Shown here piece by piece: positions 1 through 9,772 of a stretch of DNA of 64,000 bases; the stretch's first letter is position 1; every line of letters starts with the position of its first letter. The DNA is taken from NCBI GenBank assembly GCA_043814055.1, contig JBDRKL010000004.1, forward strand, positions 32,001 through 96,000, in the 5' to 3' direction. The DNA comes from an archaeon. Its GTDB lineage: Archaea > Undinarchaeota > Undinarchaeia > Undinarchaeales > JBDRKL01. Position numbers and translations under genes: made by a program. Below the pieces are notes generated by a model. That model was not told the DNA's origin and made no database searches. It was given only the letters and a program-made list of their open reading frames with translations.

Positions 1-638
1 TCATCCATCCGCAGCACTTGAACTTTCTCATTCTCAAGCCGGTTTACAAGCTTCTTGGCTATGGTGCTCTTCCCTGAGCCAGGCAGTCCAGTTAGCCAAA
101 TGCAGAAGGTCATTTCCACTCCGCGTTTACAAGCATCTGAAATCTTTTGTAGGGCATTTTTATGGAGGTTACTTCTTTTTTTTTGCAATGTCTCTTCCTC
201 AATTAACTCTCCGTTTCTTTCAGCCCACTCCCTAAACTTTTTTGAGGCTTTAAATCCAAAGAACCGCGCGAAAAAGTCAATGCCCTTTGTATAGGTATTG
301 TTCATTATCAAGGATGCATCTCCTTTTAGCTCGTTTTTCTTAAATTTTTCAATGCAATAAATCGCCCCGAGCACAAGCAAAGGTCCGCATTTTTCAATGT
401 CGTTCTTGTTTATGTTTTGCAGAATTACTGAGCCGTCTTCCAGGAAGCCCCACTCAAGAAACGCGTTTCCACAGCATATATTGTAACCGCTGACCTGTGC
501 CCCCCACATTGTTCCTCTTGGTCCCAATTCATCAATTTGGGTGAATTCAAGATTATTTTTTAGGTGCGGGTATTTCATACCAAGTGATTCTAATCTTCTG
601 TATTCTTCACATATTTCCTCCCAAGTTATTATTACCAT
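1..638 (-). CDS. Partial ORF running off the window: ~175-aa unknown N-terminal region in frame with an adenylylsulfate kinase-like P-loop kinase (internal ATG at 113)
   Basis: Manual translation: MVIITWEEICEE...KRGVEMTFCIWLTGLPGSGKSTIAKKL. Walker A GLPGSGKST; absent from the ORF track because there is no stop in the window. Confidence 0.75.
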   Translation of the reverse strand, partial: MVIITWEEICEEYRRLESLGMKYPHLKNNLEFTQIDELGPRGTMWGAQVSGYNICCGNAFLEWGFLEDGSVILQNINKNDIEKCGPLLVLGAIYCIEKFKKNELKGDASLIMNNTYTKGIDFFARFFGFKASKKFREWAERNGELIEEETLQKKRSNLHKNALQKISDACKRGVEMTFCIWLTGLPGSGKSTIAKKLVNRLENEKVQVLRMD

Positions 639-1684
639 TTCAAAATCTTCTCCAATTTAACCTCTTCAGTTTTCAAAATCTTCTTTGTAAAATCAATCAA
701 GCTTTTCCTGTACTCCTCAGGCTCAGCGCCTCGCTCCTTAATCCACTCGTCCGGGTAAAATATTGGATTCGCTACCACAATCGCACGGAACGCGAAGAAC
801 GGCTGAATAACTTTGAGCAGTTCAGTGTCTCCGGTTTCCTCAATGTAAGTATTCATAAACAAGTCAAACAGTTCTTTGAAAGAACCATCCTTTTTGATAA
901 ACTCCAAGCGCAGATAATTAATTGCCATTGCCGCGACATCCTCCCCTGGCTCTCCAAGCTCTCCCCTTGACCTGTCAAGCACGATGAACTCGTCCTTGTC
1001 AAACATTATATTATACGGGTGGAAATCTCCGTGCACTACGCAGAATCTATGTGCATATCCTTGAAGTGTTTGCCACCAATCCACGCAGAGCTTGACAATC
1101 TCAACTTTCTCATCCGCGCTGAGGAAAGAATCCTTAGCATAACCATCCAAAACGCCCATTATGTACTCGCCGTGCCCAACAAGGTCCCTTGCCCTGCGGG
1201 TGCAGAGCGCCTGGTCTGGTTTCTTTTCGCGGTGAATCTCCGCAAGGTATTTCGCCAACTGCTTGGTGCGCTTCTTGTCTTTTTCAGTTATGCCCCCTTT
1301 CAGCATCTTTTCAAAATCATCATTGTATTCTTTCCCGCGCGCCTCTTCCATCAAAATGTAGTATTCCTTTGCATCGCCGATTGAAATCAATTCTTTCCCG
1401 TCAAACGCAGCAACGTCGTAGCTCTTGATGTGCTTGTCCAATTTGTTGAAAGTATCGTTCGCAAGAATCAAATTTGCAGCGACATCAGCCTTGAAGTCGT
1501 GCCCGAACCCGCCGAGCCCCATAGTTTTTAAAACTAACCGCTGATTCTCTTTTCCAGCATCAAAATCAACAAGATAAGCAGTGCCATAAACGCCCTTTCC
1601 AAGCTCTTTGAACTCGTTGAGTTTTGCATCTTTTCCAAACTTGTCTTTTAGATATAACTCAATCTCTTTGTCAGTAATATTCAT
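632..1684 (-). CDS. Aminoglycoside phosphotransferase (APH)-family kinase
   Basis: Gly-rich loop LGKGVYG, Brenner motif VHGDFHPYNI, LDRSRG motif. Confidence 0.85.
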   Translation of the reverse strand: MNITDKEIELYLKDKFGKDAKLNEFKELGKGVYGTAYLVDFDAGKENQRLVLKTMGLGGFGHDFKADVAANLILANDTFNKLDKHIKSYDVAAFDGKELISIGDAKEYYILMEEARGKEYNDDFEKMLKGGITEKDKKRTKQLAKYLAEIHREKKPDQALCTRRARDLVGHGEYIMGVLDGYAKDSFLSADEKVEIVKLCVDWWQTLQGYAHRFCVVHGDFHPYNIMFDKDEFIVLDRSRGELGEPGEDVAAMAINYLRLEFIKKDGSFKELFDLFMNTYIEETGDTELLKVIQPFFAFRAIVVANPIFYPDEWIKERGAEPEEYRKSLIDFTKKILKTEEVKLEKILKW

Positions 1685-1732
1685 GCCTCACTCCCAACCT
1701 TCTTAAACCCTTTCGCATATATTAAGGTTTAG

Positions 1733-2809
1733 ATGGCCATTGAAGACCAAATCAAGGAAATCGAGGAAGAGATACGCGACACGCCCTACAACAAGGCGAG
1801 CCAGCACCACATAGGCAAGCTCAAGGCGAAGCTTGCCAAGCTCAAGCAGGACCAGCAGAAGGGCGCCTCAGTTGGGCACGCCCAGTCACTTGGCTACGGC
1901 TTGAGAAAGTACGGCGACGCCACAGTCCTCTTTGCAGGATTTCCTTCAGTTGGAAAAAGCACCCTGCTCAACGCGCTCACGAACGCAAAATCTGAAGTTG
2001 CGGCCTACGAGTTCACAACTCTGACAGTGGTTCCTGGAGTAATGAAATACAAGCATTCTAACCTCCAGCTCTTTGACATCCCAGGGCTCGTGGAGGGCGC
2101 TTCTCAGGGAAAGGGCCGCGGCAGGGAAGTCCTCTCAGTAATGCGCATCGCTGACCTGATAATTTTTGTGTTTGACGCGAACAAGCCGGAGCAATTGAAC
2201 AAGATGCGCCACGAGCTTGATGAGGCGAACATCCGCCTTGACCAGGCGCCGCCGCAGGTAGTTATTAAAAAGAAAACCATCGGCGGGGTTCAGGTTGACA
2301 AGGTCAGCAAGGCGGGAATTGACAACGAGGCAATCCGCGACGTGCTAAACGAGTTCGGAATCCACAACGCGTATGTCTCAATAAAGGAGCCGATAACAAT
2401 TGACCAGTTCATTGACGTTGTGACAGGCAACAGGAAATACGTTCCAACTCTTGCTGTAATGAACAAAATTGACTCTGTTAAAAAGCTCCCTTCTGTTGGC
2501 AATTGCGTGAAAATTTCCGCGCTGAATGGCGAGGGCCTTGACGAGCTGCGCGAGGCAATCTTCCAAAAGCTCAGGTTTATCCGGATTTACCTAAAGCGCC
2601 ATGGCAAAAAGGCTGACCTTGAGGAGCCGCTGATTATGAAAGAAGGATGCACAGTTGAGGATGTCTGCCTGCGGCTGCACAAGTCATTCCGGGACAACTT
2701 CAGGTACGCCGAGCTCAACGGCCCTAGCGCCAAGTTTGACAACCAGAAAGTTCACCTGCGGCACGTTTTAAAAGACAAGGACATTATTTGCATATTCAAG
2801 AAAGATTAG
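1733..2809 (+). CDS. drg: DRG/OBG-family GTPase with TGS domain
   Basis: GFPSVGKST, YEFTT, DIPG, NKID motifs; C-terminal TGS domain. Confidence 0.95.
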   Translation: MAIEDQIKEIEEEIRDTPYNKASQHHIGKLKAKLAKLKQDQQKGASVGHAQSLGYGLRKYGDATVLFAGFPSVGKSTLLNALTNAKSEVAAYEFTTLTVVPGVMKYKHSNLQLFDIPGLVEGASQGKGRGREVLSVMRIADLIIFVFDANKPEQLNKMRHELDEANIRLDQAPPQVVIKKKTIGGVQVDKVSKAGIDNEAIRDVLNEFGIHNAYVSIKEPITIDQFIDVVTGNRKYVPTLAVMNKIDSVKKLPSVGNCVKISALNGEGLDELREAIFQKLRFIRIYLKRHGKKADLEEPLIMKEGCTVEDVCLRLHKSFRDNFRYAELNGPSAKFDNQKVHLRHVLKDKDIICIFKKD

Positions 2810-3408
2810 GGTTTTATGCTTATCAGGAATTTGAATATCTCATAGCCCCAAGTTGTTGCCACGATATAGCCAATCAGGAATTCCAGGCTGTGGTTCACAA
2901 TGAGCTTTGGTATTGGCACTGGCGCTATTCTTGGAGCCAGCAAGGTATCTGCTATTAGCCAAAGAGCGAGCGAGAACAGCGATGCAAACAAAAGCTCACC
3001 CGAGCTTATTCCAATTCCATATATGTACAAAAATATTCTCGCTGTCACAATCATTCCCATCAGGACAATGAAGTGCGCCACGAGCCCCTGCCCCTCATCC
3101 GGCCTGCGCTTGAACACTATTATCCACGCGAAAAGTATGACGCTAATAGTAAAGACCGCGCCGAATATGTATGAGTAGAAAAACGTGAACAAGAAAAATA
3201 CTTCAAGCCCGATTTTCCAGCTGTTGGGGAGCCGCATTGCCACAAAGAAGAATATTGAAAACACCCAGAAGCTGATGAACGCAAGGTATGGTGTAAGGAA
3301 TATTGCAGTCAGCACAACTGCTATTATCATTACAGCGAGTACAGCACCTAGCAAGTACATCTCTTTCTGCGAGAGCATTATGCCCTTAAGCTTCTTCTTC
3401 CTGCCCAT
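2806..3408 (-). CDS. Multi-pass membrane protein of unknown function
   Basis: 200-aa ORF with ~6 hydrophobic segments. Confidence 0.75.
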   Translation of the reverse strand: MGRKKKLKGIMLSQKEMYLLGAVLAVMIIAVVLTAIFLTPYLAFISFWVFSIFFFVAMRLPNSWKIGLEVFFLFTFFYSYIFGAVFTISVILFAWIIVFKRRPDEGQGLVAHFIVLMGMIVTARIFLYIYGIGISSGELLFASLFSLALWLIADTLLAPRIAPVPIPKLIVNHSLEFLIGYIVATTWGYEIFKFLISIKP

Positions 3409-3439
3409 ATTGCTCCTCTTAATGTTTTAGGCTTTAAAT

Positions 3440-3979
3440 CTATATGCTCACGACAAAAATTTCCTCAAACGCCAGCTTCTGCCGCGCAACAATTTCGCCA
3501 CCTAGCTCAACCCCTGATATGGAGCTGTTCACGAGCAGGCACTTCCCGCCTGGCTTTAAAAAATCCCTGTATTCTGCGAGGAATTTTTTCATAACTTCCG
3601 AGCTGTTCCAGCTGTGGTCAATCCACTCCTCGGTTTCTCCTTCTTTCGGCAGGTAAGGCGGGTTAAAAATTATCAGGTCAAATTTTCCCTTAATGTTCTC
3701 AAACAAGTCGCTCTGCGCGAACTTCATTTTTTCAGAAACTCCGTTCAGCTCAGCGTTCTCTTTCGCGAGCTCAACCGCGTGCGGGTTTATGTCAGCGCAC
3801 ACAACCCGCTCAGCTTGCTCAGCCGCGAGTATTCCCTGAATTCCAGAGCCGGTTCCCATATCCAAAACATCTCCTTGCGGAGCCCCGAGGTTCTCAGCGA
3901 GCAGGAAAGAATCCTCGCGCGGCTCGTAAACATTTTGGTTGGTGTTAAAAATTATGGACTTGTATTCTATCCTTGTCAT
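3440..3979 (-). CDS. HemK2/PrmC-like release-factor glutamine methyltransferase
   Basis: VYEPREDS, LDMGTGSG, NPPY motifs. Confidence 0.9.
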   Translation of the reverse strand: MTRIEYKSIIFNTNQNVYEPREDSFLLAENLGAPQGDVLDMGTGSGIQGILAAEQAERVVCADINPHAVELAKENAELNGVSEKMKFAQSDLFENIKGKFDLIIFNPPYLPKEGETEEWIDHSWNSSEVMKKFLAEYRDFLKPGGKCLLVNSSISGVELGGEIVARQKLAFEEIFVVSI

Positions 3980-4551
3980 CTAACTCTCTTATTATGGTGT
4001 TCCAGTATCATCCCGGTCAGTCTTAGCGTGTGGTCTATCAGCGTGCTTGTTGCGTTGTTCAGGTTTTCCTGATTGGCTTCTATCCACCAGTCGCCTTCCT
4101 TCAAAAACACGGTTTTCTCTTTTACTGACAAATAAGCAGTCCCGTCATTGTTCTCATCCTGCGGGAACCTGTCCCATTTCTCGTCCAGGACAATTACGTG
4201 CTTTATCCTGCCAAGGCCAACACTTGACAAATCTCCCATGGGCATTCCTTTATACGGCAGCTTGGGATTTTTCCTGGCATTTCTCAATGCAAATTCCCTT
4301 CCCCTCCTCAATACTGCTTCCAAAAGCTCGTTGCCTTTCAGAATTTTCGGTTCACTACGAATTTTTTGCTTCGGGGCTGTTGGGTTCTTTGGTGGCAAAC
4401 CATTGCGCTTCCGCGCCTTTCTTTTCTTCTTTTCCTCCTCCATCTGGCGACTTTTCTTCGCCTCCTCTTTCTTGAGCCTGCGTTGTTCCTCGCGCTCTTT
4501 TGACCTATTCTGCGCCTTTTCCCTGCCGCTCAGCTTTTTCTGCTTTTTCAT
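3976..4551 (-). CDS. Hypothetical protein with highly basic N-terminus
   Basis: 191-aa ORF, stop overlaps next start, operon-like packing. Confidence 0.7.
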   Translation of the reverse strand: MKKQKKLSGREKAQNRSKEREEQRRLKKEEAKKSRQMEEEKKKRKARKRNGLPPKNPTAPKQKIRSEPKILKGNELLEAVLRRGREFALRNARKNPKLPYKGMPMGDLSSVGLGRIKHVIVLDEKWDRFPQDENNDGTAYLSVKEKTVFLKEGDWWIEANQENLNNATSTLIDHTLRLTGMILEHHNKRVR

Positions 4552-4563
4552 AATTAATATAAC

Positions 4564-5616
4564 TTACTCCAAATCATCATCACTCATCAAAGTAACCAAA
4601 TCTTCAAGCTCTTTCTTCCAATATTTCTTCGCGCTCTTTGCAAACCCAGTGGAGCTAATCACAATCGCGGGTATTCTTCGGGAAATCGCGTCCATCCCCA
4701 CAGTCGCCAGGTCATTTTGCGAAACTCCCTTCTTCGCGTAATCAAAAACTTTAACAAGATAATTCTGCTTGCCCAGCGGCGTCGGCACTTTAACTTCAAG
4801 CTCAACCTCCTGCCCCTCCTTTATGACCTTCTCTTCCATCAGGTCAATCTCCTGCTTCTCAAACCACTGGAGCACGTTGTCCCTGAACGAGCCACGCATC
4901 TCAGCGAGCAGTTCTTTTCTTATTTGTTCCCTTTCGTCATCGCTTATCTTTCTCTCTTCCTCCTCATCTTCTGGCTCTTTTTTCCCCTTTGGAACAAGCT
5001 CGGTCTGTTTGGGTTCAACTTTTTTGGGTTCTGGTTTTGGCTCAGAGCTGCGGATTGGCGGCTTGAGCAACCCATTGTCGCGGGTCTGCGCGTCCCTCTC
5101 AACTCTCTTGGGCTCAGCTTTCGGCTCTTCCTTTTCCTCAACTTTTGGCTCTTCTCTCTCCGCTCTCTTTGGGAAAAGCCGCTTCATTATGATATCTTTT
5201 GCCTGCTCCTCCCTTATATTCGGCGTGTACCAGCAGCGCATCGTGCCGGTCTCATTTTGAAGTGTAAATGCGCTTACCAAATCCTCAAGGTTCTCAAGCA
5301 GTCTTGCCCCGCCTTCATCAACATCAGCCTCGGCAAGCGCCTTGTGGTCCATCAAAACCTGCAGAACTTCCTTGTCCTGCTGAGTGAGTATTGAATTTAT
5401 TTTCTTCTCAAGGGCCCTCTTTTGATCCGGATAATAATACAAGCGCTGGCTGCCAACCCTTCGCTTTGACGCAGCTATCCTGTTCTGCCCCGAGGCATCA
5501 ACAAGTATTGCTGAGACCACTATGGAGTCAACGCCAACCCTTTGCGATATTTCTATTGGAGTGGATGGCCCTGCCCGCTTAATGTAGTCAAGGATGGCTG
5601 CGTCTATCTTTGGCAT
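4564..5616 (-). CDS. Hypothetical protein: N-terminal winged-helix, charged linker, possible nuclease-like C-terminal domain
   Basis: wHTH-like ILDYIKRAGPSTPIEISQRVG; C-terminal IVISSTGFAKSA resembles Mrr-like ends; start placed at the MPKID ATG. Confidence 0.65.
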   Translation of the reverse strand: MPKIDAAILDYIKRAGPSTPIEISQRVGVDSIVVSAILVDASGQNRIAASKRRVGSQRLYYYPDQKRALEKKINSILTQQDKEVLQVLMDHKALAEADVDEGGARLLENLEDLVSAFTLQNETGTMRCWYTPNIREEQAKDIIMKRLFPKRAEREEPKVEEKEEPKAEPKRVERDAQTRDNGLLKPPIRSSEPKPEPKKVEPKQTELVPKGKKEPEDEEEERKISDDEREQIRKELLAEMRGSFRDNVLQWFEKQEIDLMEEKVIKEGQEVELEVKVPTPLGKQNYLVKVFDYAKKGVSQNDLATVGMDAISRRIPAIVISSTGFAKSAKKYWKKELEDLVTLMSDDDLE

Positions 5617-5688
5617 AGGTTTAAGATAACGCCGAAGCAATTTAAACTTATCGGAAAAATATTAAAGCCCAGAGGGTAAACCAATATT

Positions 5689-6297
5689 ATGGAGAATCAG
5701 GTTGTGCACGAGCTCAAGCGGCAGGCGGTTCATTTATCAGGTCTCATCTTCGTTGTGCTTTCGTATTATGTTGCCCCGGATATTATACTCGCCCTGCTCA
5801 TTATGACGTTCGTGACAATACTCACGCACTGCTTCTGCCGGCCGGTTGCGCAGAAGTTCAAGCTTACCCGCAAAATCAGCGACTTCATACACAGCTTCGC
5901 GCGCGAGGAGGAAAAGTCAAGGCGGATTTATTTCGGGCCTTCAACATTCTTCGTGGGATTAATCCTGCCGCTCGCAGTGCTGTACCCATTTGACCCTGAA
6001 CTCGCATTGCTCCTGTTCCGCGCCTCGGCAATCGTGCTCTCAATGGGGGACTCGTTTTCAACCGCGATTGGGAAAGCATTTGGAAAGCACAAGATACAAT
6101 ACAACAAGGCAAAGAGCTGGGAGGGTTTCCTCGCCGGATTCTTCGCAGCGTTCGCCGCGACCTCGCTAATTCTCCCAATGCCCATCGTGTTCACAATCTC
6201 TTTGGTCGGAATGCTCGTTGAGTCACTCCCAATCAACGTGAACGACAACCTGAGCATTCCCGTCTCAGTCTGCATAATCCTATGGTTCCTAATTTGA
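5689..6297 (+). CDS. Dolichol/phytol kinase family (SEC59/DGK1) membrane protein
   Basis: ELKRQAVH, GDSFSTAIG, KSWEG, NDNLSIP motifs. Confidence 0.88.
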   Translation: MENQVVHELKRQAVHLSGLIFVVLSYYVAPDIILALLIMTFVTILTHCFCRPVAQKFKLTRKISDFIHSFAREEEKSRRIYFGPSTFFVGLILPLAVLYPFDPELALLLFRASAIVLSMGDSFSTAIGKAFGKHKIQYNKAKSWEGFLAGFFAAFAATSLILPMPIVFTISLVGMLVESLPINVNDNLSIPVSVCIILWFLI

Positions 6298-6830
6298 ATT
6301 TCTCCAAGCTGTGGTCTATCCGGCTCGCTGTAGTATGCACAATAGTTTTTGCATTGCAAGCAATTATTCCAAGCACGGACAGCCTGGCGCTTGTCTCAGC
6401 AGCCGCGCTCTCTCACCCCTGGACAGTCCTGACTTACATTTTCCTCCACGGCGGGGTAACTCACTTGCTCTACAACATGTTCGCCCTGCTTTTATTCGGC
6501 ACAATCCTTGAGTCAATCCTCGGGCCGAAAAGATTTCTGCAAATCTTCTTTGTTGCTGGAATCCTCGCAGGCATCTCAGCAATCCCGTTCTACAGCGCAG
6601 TTGTCGGGGCAAGCGGCGCGATTTACGGAGTTATGGGCTGCCTAGCGGTTCTGCGGCCTCGGATGATTGTATGGGTCTGGGGGGTTCCAATGCCAATGAT
6701 TATCGCGCTCGGTGTGTGGACACTCGTTGACTCAGTTGGCGCGTTCTCCACGATGAGCGAGACCGCGCATATCTCGCACTTGGCCGGGCTGGCAGTTGGA
6801 GTTGCAGTTGGAGTTTATTTCTGGAAATAG
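6282..6830 (+). CDS. Rhomboid intramembrane serine protease
   Basis: HLLYNM, GASGA, AHISHLAG motifs. Confidence 0.92.
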   Translation: MVPNLNFSKLWSIRLAVVCTIVFALQAIIPSTDSLALVSAAALSHPWTVLTYIFLHGGVTHLLYNMFALLLFGTILESILGPKRFLQIFFVAGILAGISAIPFYSAVVGASGAIYGVMGCLAVLRPRMIVWVWGVPMPMIIALGVWTLVDSVGAFSTMSETAHISHLAGLAVGVAVGVYFWK

Positions 6831-6915
6831 TATGGTGAAGGGTTATTTAAAAAGAAAAAACAAGAAGTAGTCAACGACCACGAGCTTGACGCGTGGGAAC
6901 GAGACTGGATGTGAA

Positions 6916-7575
6916 ATGAAAAAAGGAATTCTAATATTTGCATTGACTCTTGTAGTCTTAATTAGCGGCTGCATTGAAGAAGTTGAAGACCAAGGCTCAA
7001 ATTATTTGCCAAGAAACATAGAGTCTGGTCTGACTCATTCTGAATGCATAGCCCAAGGTGGAAAAGTAACCTCTGTGAATTTAGAAGATGGTACTGCATG
7101 CAAGATTTCTGAAATAGATTTGGGGGTAGTTAGTGATGTGGACTGCATATGTCAATGTTGTAAACCAAAAGAAGAGCCTAGAGAAGAAATATTTGATGAA
7201 GTAATGCATGTTGGAGAATGTCAGAAATTATCTGAAGAACTTGATAATTATGTTGGAATTGGATCCAATAATCCAATTGATAATTTTTGTGATAAAGATT
7301 ATGAATTATGGATTGGTGGTGTATTACTAGATTACAGCTGTTCATATGTTCCAGCGTATACGCGGTATGAATGTGATATGACATTTCAAGGATATAAAGA
7401 AAGATTAAATTTACACATATCAAATGATGAAGCTACGCTACCTTTTGAGACTGGAAAATTCTATAAGTTTGATATAACTAAAACATGTGAAACTCGAATG
7501 TCTGCCGCTAGTAGCGGAAATTTTCCAGCAGTGAAAGAAAATTTAATATTAATTGAATGTGCATTGGTCTACTAA
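6916..7575 (+). CDS. Cys-rich secreted lipoprotein (AT-rich gene)
   Basis: MKK + hydrophobic stretch + ISGC lipobox; many Cys. Confidence 0.75.
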   Translation: MKKGILIFALTLVVLISGCIEEVEDQGSNYLPRNIESGLTHSECIAQGGKVTSVNLEDGTACKISEIDLGVVSDVDCICQCCKPKEEPREEIFDEVMHVGECQKLSEELDNYVGIGSNNPIDNFCDKDYELWIGGVLLDYSCSYVPAYTRYECDMTFQGYKERLNLHISNDEATLPFETGKFYKFDITKTCETRMSAASSGNFPAVKENLILIECALVY

Positions 7576-7577
7576 TA

Positions 7578-8111
7578 ATGAAAAAACAAACTCTGGTATT
7601 TGCATTGATTCTTGTAGTCCTATTCAGCGGATGCATTGAAAAAACTGAAGAAGAGAAATGGGAAGATTCAATTGATGACATTCTAGATGACAATGGCGAG
7701 GAGTGCGGAGGTTGGAGTTACTTTGACGGTGGTGAATTTATTTGCGAGTGCGACGGAGAGTTAATCAAGAATATGTCCTGCCCACCCAATGCAATGTGCG
7801 ACGGCGGAACCTATTACTGCACAGGGAAATGTGGGGAATGCGAACTCGTAAAACCAGAGCCATCTGAAGAAGAGCAAGACAAACCAATAGAAGAAAAAAC
7901 TCCAGAGCAGAACTGCATAGAAGAAGGTGGTAAAGTTTCAACTCTCTCCTGCTGCAAATCCGCGGGCGATTTCCCGAACCAATGCCTTGTCGGTGCATGT
8001 GGCTGCGCTCCAGACTACAGCCACGAAGTTAAAATCTGCCAGTGCGGGGCAAGCATGTGCTTTAATGGAACCCACTGCACAAGCTGGGCAATGCCATACT
8101 ACGAAGAGTAA
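7578..8111 (+). CDS. Cys-rich secreted lipoprotein
   Basis: MKK...FSGC lipobox; two Cys-rich modules. Confidence 0.75.
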   Translation: MKKQTLVFALILVVLFSGCIEKTEEEKWEDSIDDILDDNGEECGGWSYFDGGEFICECDGELIKNMSCPPNAMCDGGTYYCTGKCGECELVKPEPSEEEQDKPIEEKTPEQNCIEEGGKVSTLSCCKSAGDFPNQCLVGACGCAPDYSHEVKICQCGASMCFNGTHCTSWAMPYYEE

Positions 8112-8159
8112 CAACCTTTTTAAACCCCCTCTAACATACTAAATGCCACTCATTATAAC

Positions 8160-8210
8160 GCAGGGATGATGGATAGACTACAAGCCTGACCGCAACACAA
8201 GGAGGTGTTG
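8160..8210 (+). promoter_or_regulatory. Candidate kink-turn plus SD-occluding hairpin in the rpl15e leader
   Basis: GG-GAT-GA-TGG...CCT-GA-CC (box C/D-like); CAACAC/GTGTTG stem around GGAGGTG. Confidence 0.55.
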
Positions 8211-8213
8211 AAA

Positions 8214-8756
8214 ATGGGAGCGTACAAATACATAAGAAAAGCATGGCAAAAACCGAATAGGAAAGCTCAGCGCGAGCGCTACATTCAGTGGCGTTCAGAA
8301 GAGCGGTTCATGAGGCTTGAGCGGCCGACAAGAATTGACAGGGCACGTTCTTTGGGTTACAAGGCCAAGGGCGGCTTTGTTGTGATTCGCGCAAGAATAG
8401 GCGCTGGCGGAAGAAAGAGGCCGAAGATTAAGGCTGGGCGAAAGCCGTCAAACACTGGTCAGTTCTTCACCACAGGCAGGAGCCTGCAGGCAATTGTTGA
8501 AACCAGAGTTGCCAGAAGACATCCAAACATGGAAGTGCTCAACTCATATTGGGTTGGGGCAGACGGCAAGCACAAGTGGTATGAGGTAATTTTGGTTGAC
8601 CCATGCCACCCGCAGATTGAAGCTGATACGGACATCAACTGGATTTGCGGTCAGCGCGGCAGGGCATACCGCGGTTTGACAAGCGCGGGCAAGAAGGGCA
8701 GAGGTCTTCGAAGGAAAGGCAAGGGCTCTGAGCACACGCGAAAGACAAAGAAATAA
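8214..8756 (+). CDS. rpl15e: 50S ribosomal protein L15e
   Basis: MGAYKYI, RPTRIDRARSLGYKAK, LNSYWVG, RGLTSAG. Confidence 0.97.
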   Translation: MGAYKYIRKAWQKPNRKAQRERYIQWRSEERFMRLERPTRIDRARSLGYKAKGGFVVIRARIGAGGRKRPKIKAGRKPSNTGQFFTTGRSLQAIVETRVARRHPNMEVLNSYWVGADGKHKWYEVILVDPCHPQIEADTDINWICGQRGRAYRGLTSAGKKGRGLRRKGKGSEHTRKTKK

Positions 8757-8781
8757 ATAGCCAGTTTCCAAAACAAATTGC

Positions 8782-9072
8782 ATGCTTAACAAGAGCGGCA
8801 AAGGCGCGCACAGTTGGAAGTTTATTCTAATCCTAGTGGCTGCAATTTTCATAATGTACGGCTACTACGGCTACTTCTACGTGCAGAGTCAGTCCACTTT
8901 TGGCGGCGCTTCCACCATGTTGTGTCCGCTCGGCAGGGGTCAGGACATAATTGGCAGTTCAGGCCAGCAGTTCAGCGGATTCCAAACAGGTCCTTGCTCC
9001 TACTCAATCGCATCTCTTTTGATAGGCATAATTCTCATAGCAGTCGTGGTTCTGACCACGTTCAAGAAGTGA
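8782..9072 (+). CDS. Small two-TM membrane protein
   Basis: Two hydrophobic helices flanking a loop with two Cys. Confidence 0.6.
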   Translation: MLNKSGKGAHSWKFILILVAAIFIMYGYYGYFYVQSQSTFGGASTMLCPLGRGQDIIGSSGQQFSGFQTGPCSYSIASLLIGIILIAVVVLTTFKK

Positions 9073-9112
9073 TTTCTAAACTTATTTATAGACCTGCGCT
9101 CATCTTTTTATT

Positions 9113-9739
9113 ATGCAATTGAGTACTGACTACGCTGGGGCAGTTGGAGTAATTAAGGATGCCATACGGGCTGCGCCTTTCAAGCACAAAAGAGCTTTTG
9201 TAAAAGAATTTAATTTTTTTCTCAACATCAATTGGTTTAAGCAAATTAATTTTAGTAAAGAAAAACCTGGGGTAGATCTAGAAATTGAAAAATCCCTCGC
9301 GCTATTCGGTGTTGATTACCCCAACCGCTATCGTTTATTGGACTCTCTGGAAAAATGGGGGTTGATTATCTCTGATTTTGAAAAAATGAACTCGGATTGG
9401 CGAGACATTAGAGAACACAAAATGGAGGCGGCTGCAAGGGAATTTCTCAAAGAAAGAATCAATCCTCCTGTGAGAGCTCTTGTTGGAAACATTCTCCAGT
9501 TTCTTGAAAGAATTTTCTGGAACATGGCACCAAAAAACGTTAACAAGGAACTTCTGGGATCAGTCTGGAGCCTCGCAAAGGAGGACCTGCGCGGCGACCT
9601 TTACTACATAATCTTGGGCAAACCAAACCCTTTCAAGCCATTTGTTAACCTTTGGAAAATGGGCTTTTTAGTGTCTGGTGTAATTGATGGAGAATTTACT
9701 GTTTCTTATGTACCAACTCCCAAAATAAAAAAAGAATAA
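9113..9739 (+). CDS. Hypothetical protein
   Basis: 208-aa ORF preceded by TATA-like TTTATA. Confidence 0.65.
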   Translation: MQLSTDYAGAVGVIKDAIRAAPFKHKRAFVKEFNFFLNINWFKQINFSKEKPGVDLEIEKSLALFGVDYPNRYRLLDSLEKWGLIISDFEKMNSDWRDIREHKMEAAAREFLKERINPPVRALVGNILQFLERIFWNMAPKNVNKELLGSVWSLAKEDLRGDLYYIILGKPNPFKPFVNLWKMGFLVSGVIDGEFTVSYVPTPKIKKE

Positions 9740-9772
9740 CCTTTTTATGCAAGCAAGACCACTCTTATCCTG

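Noticed and set aside
4148-5394. Long + strand ORFs rich in Phe/Ser/Leu
   Set aside because: Antisense shadows of Lys/Glu-rich minus-strand genes; the same applies to most overlapping ORFs in the track.
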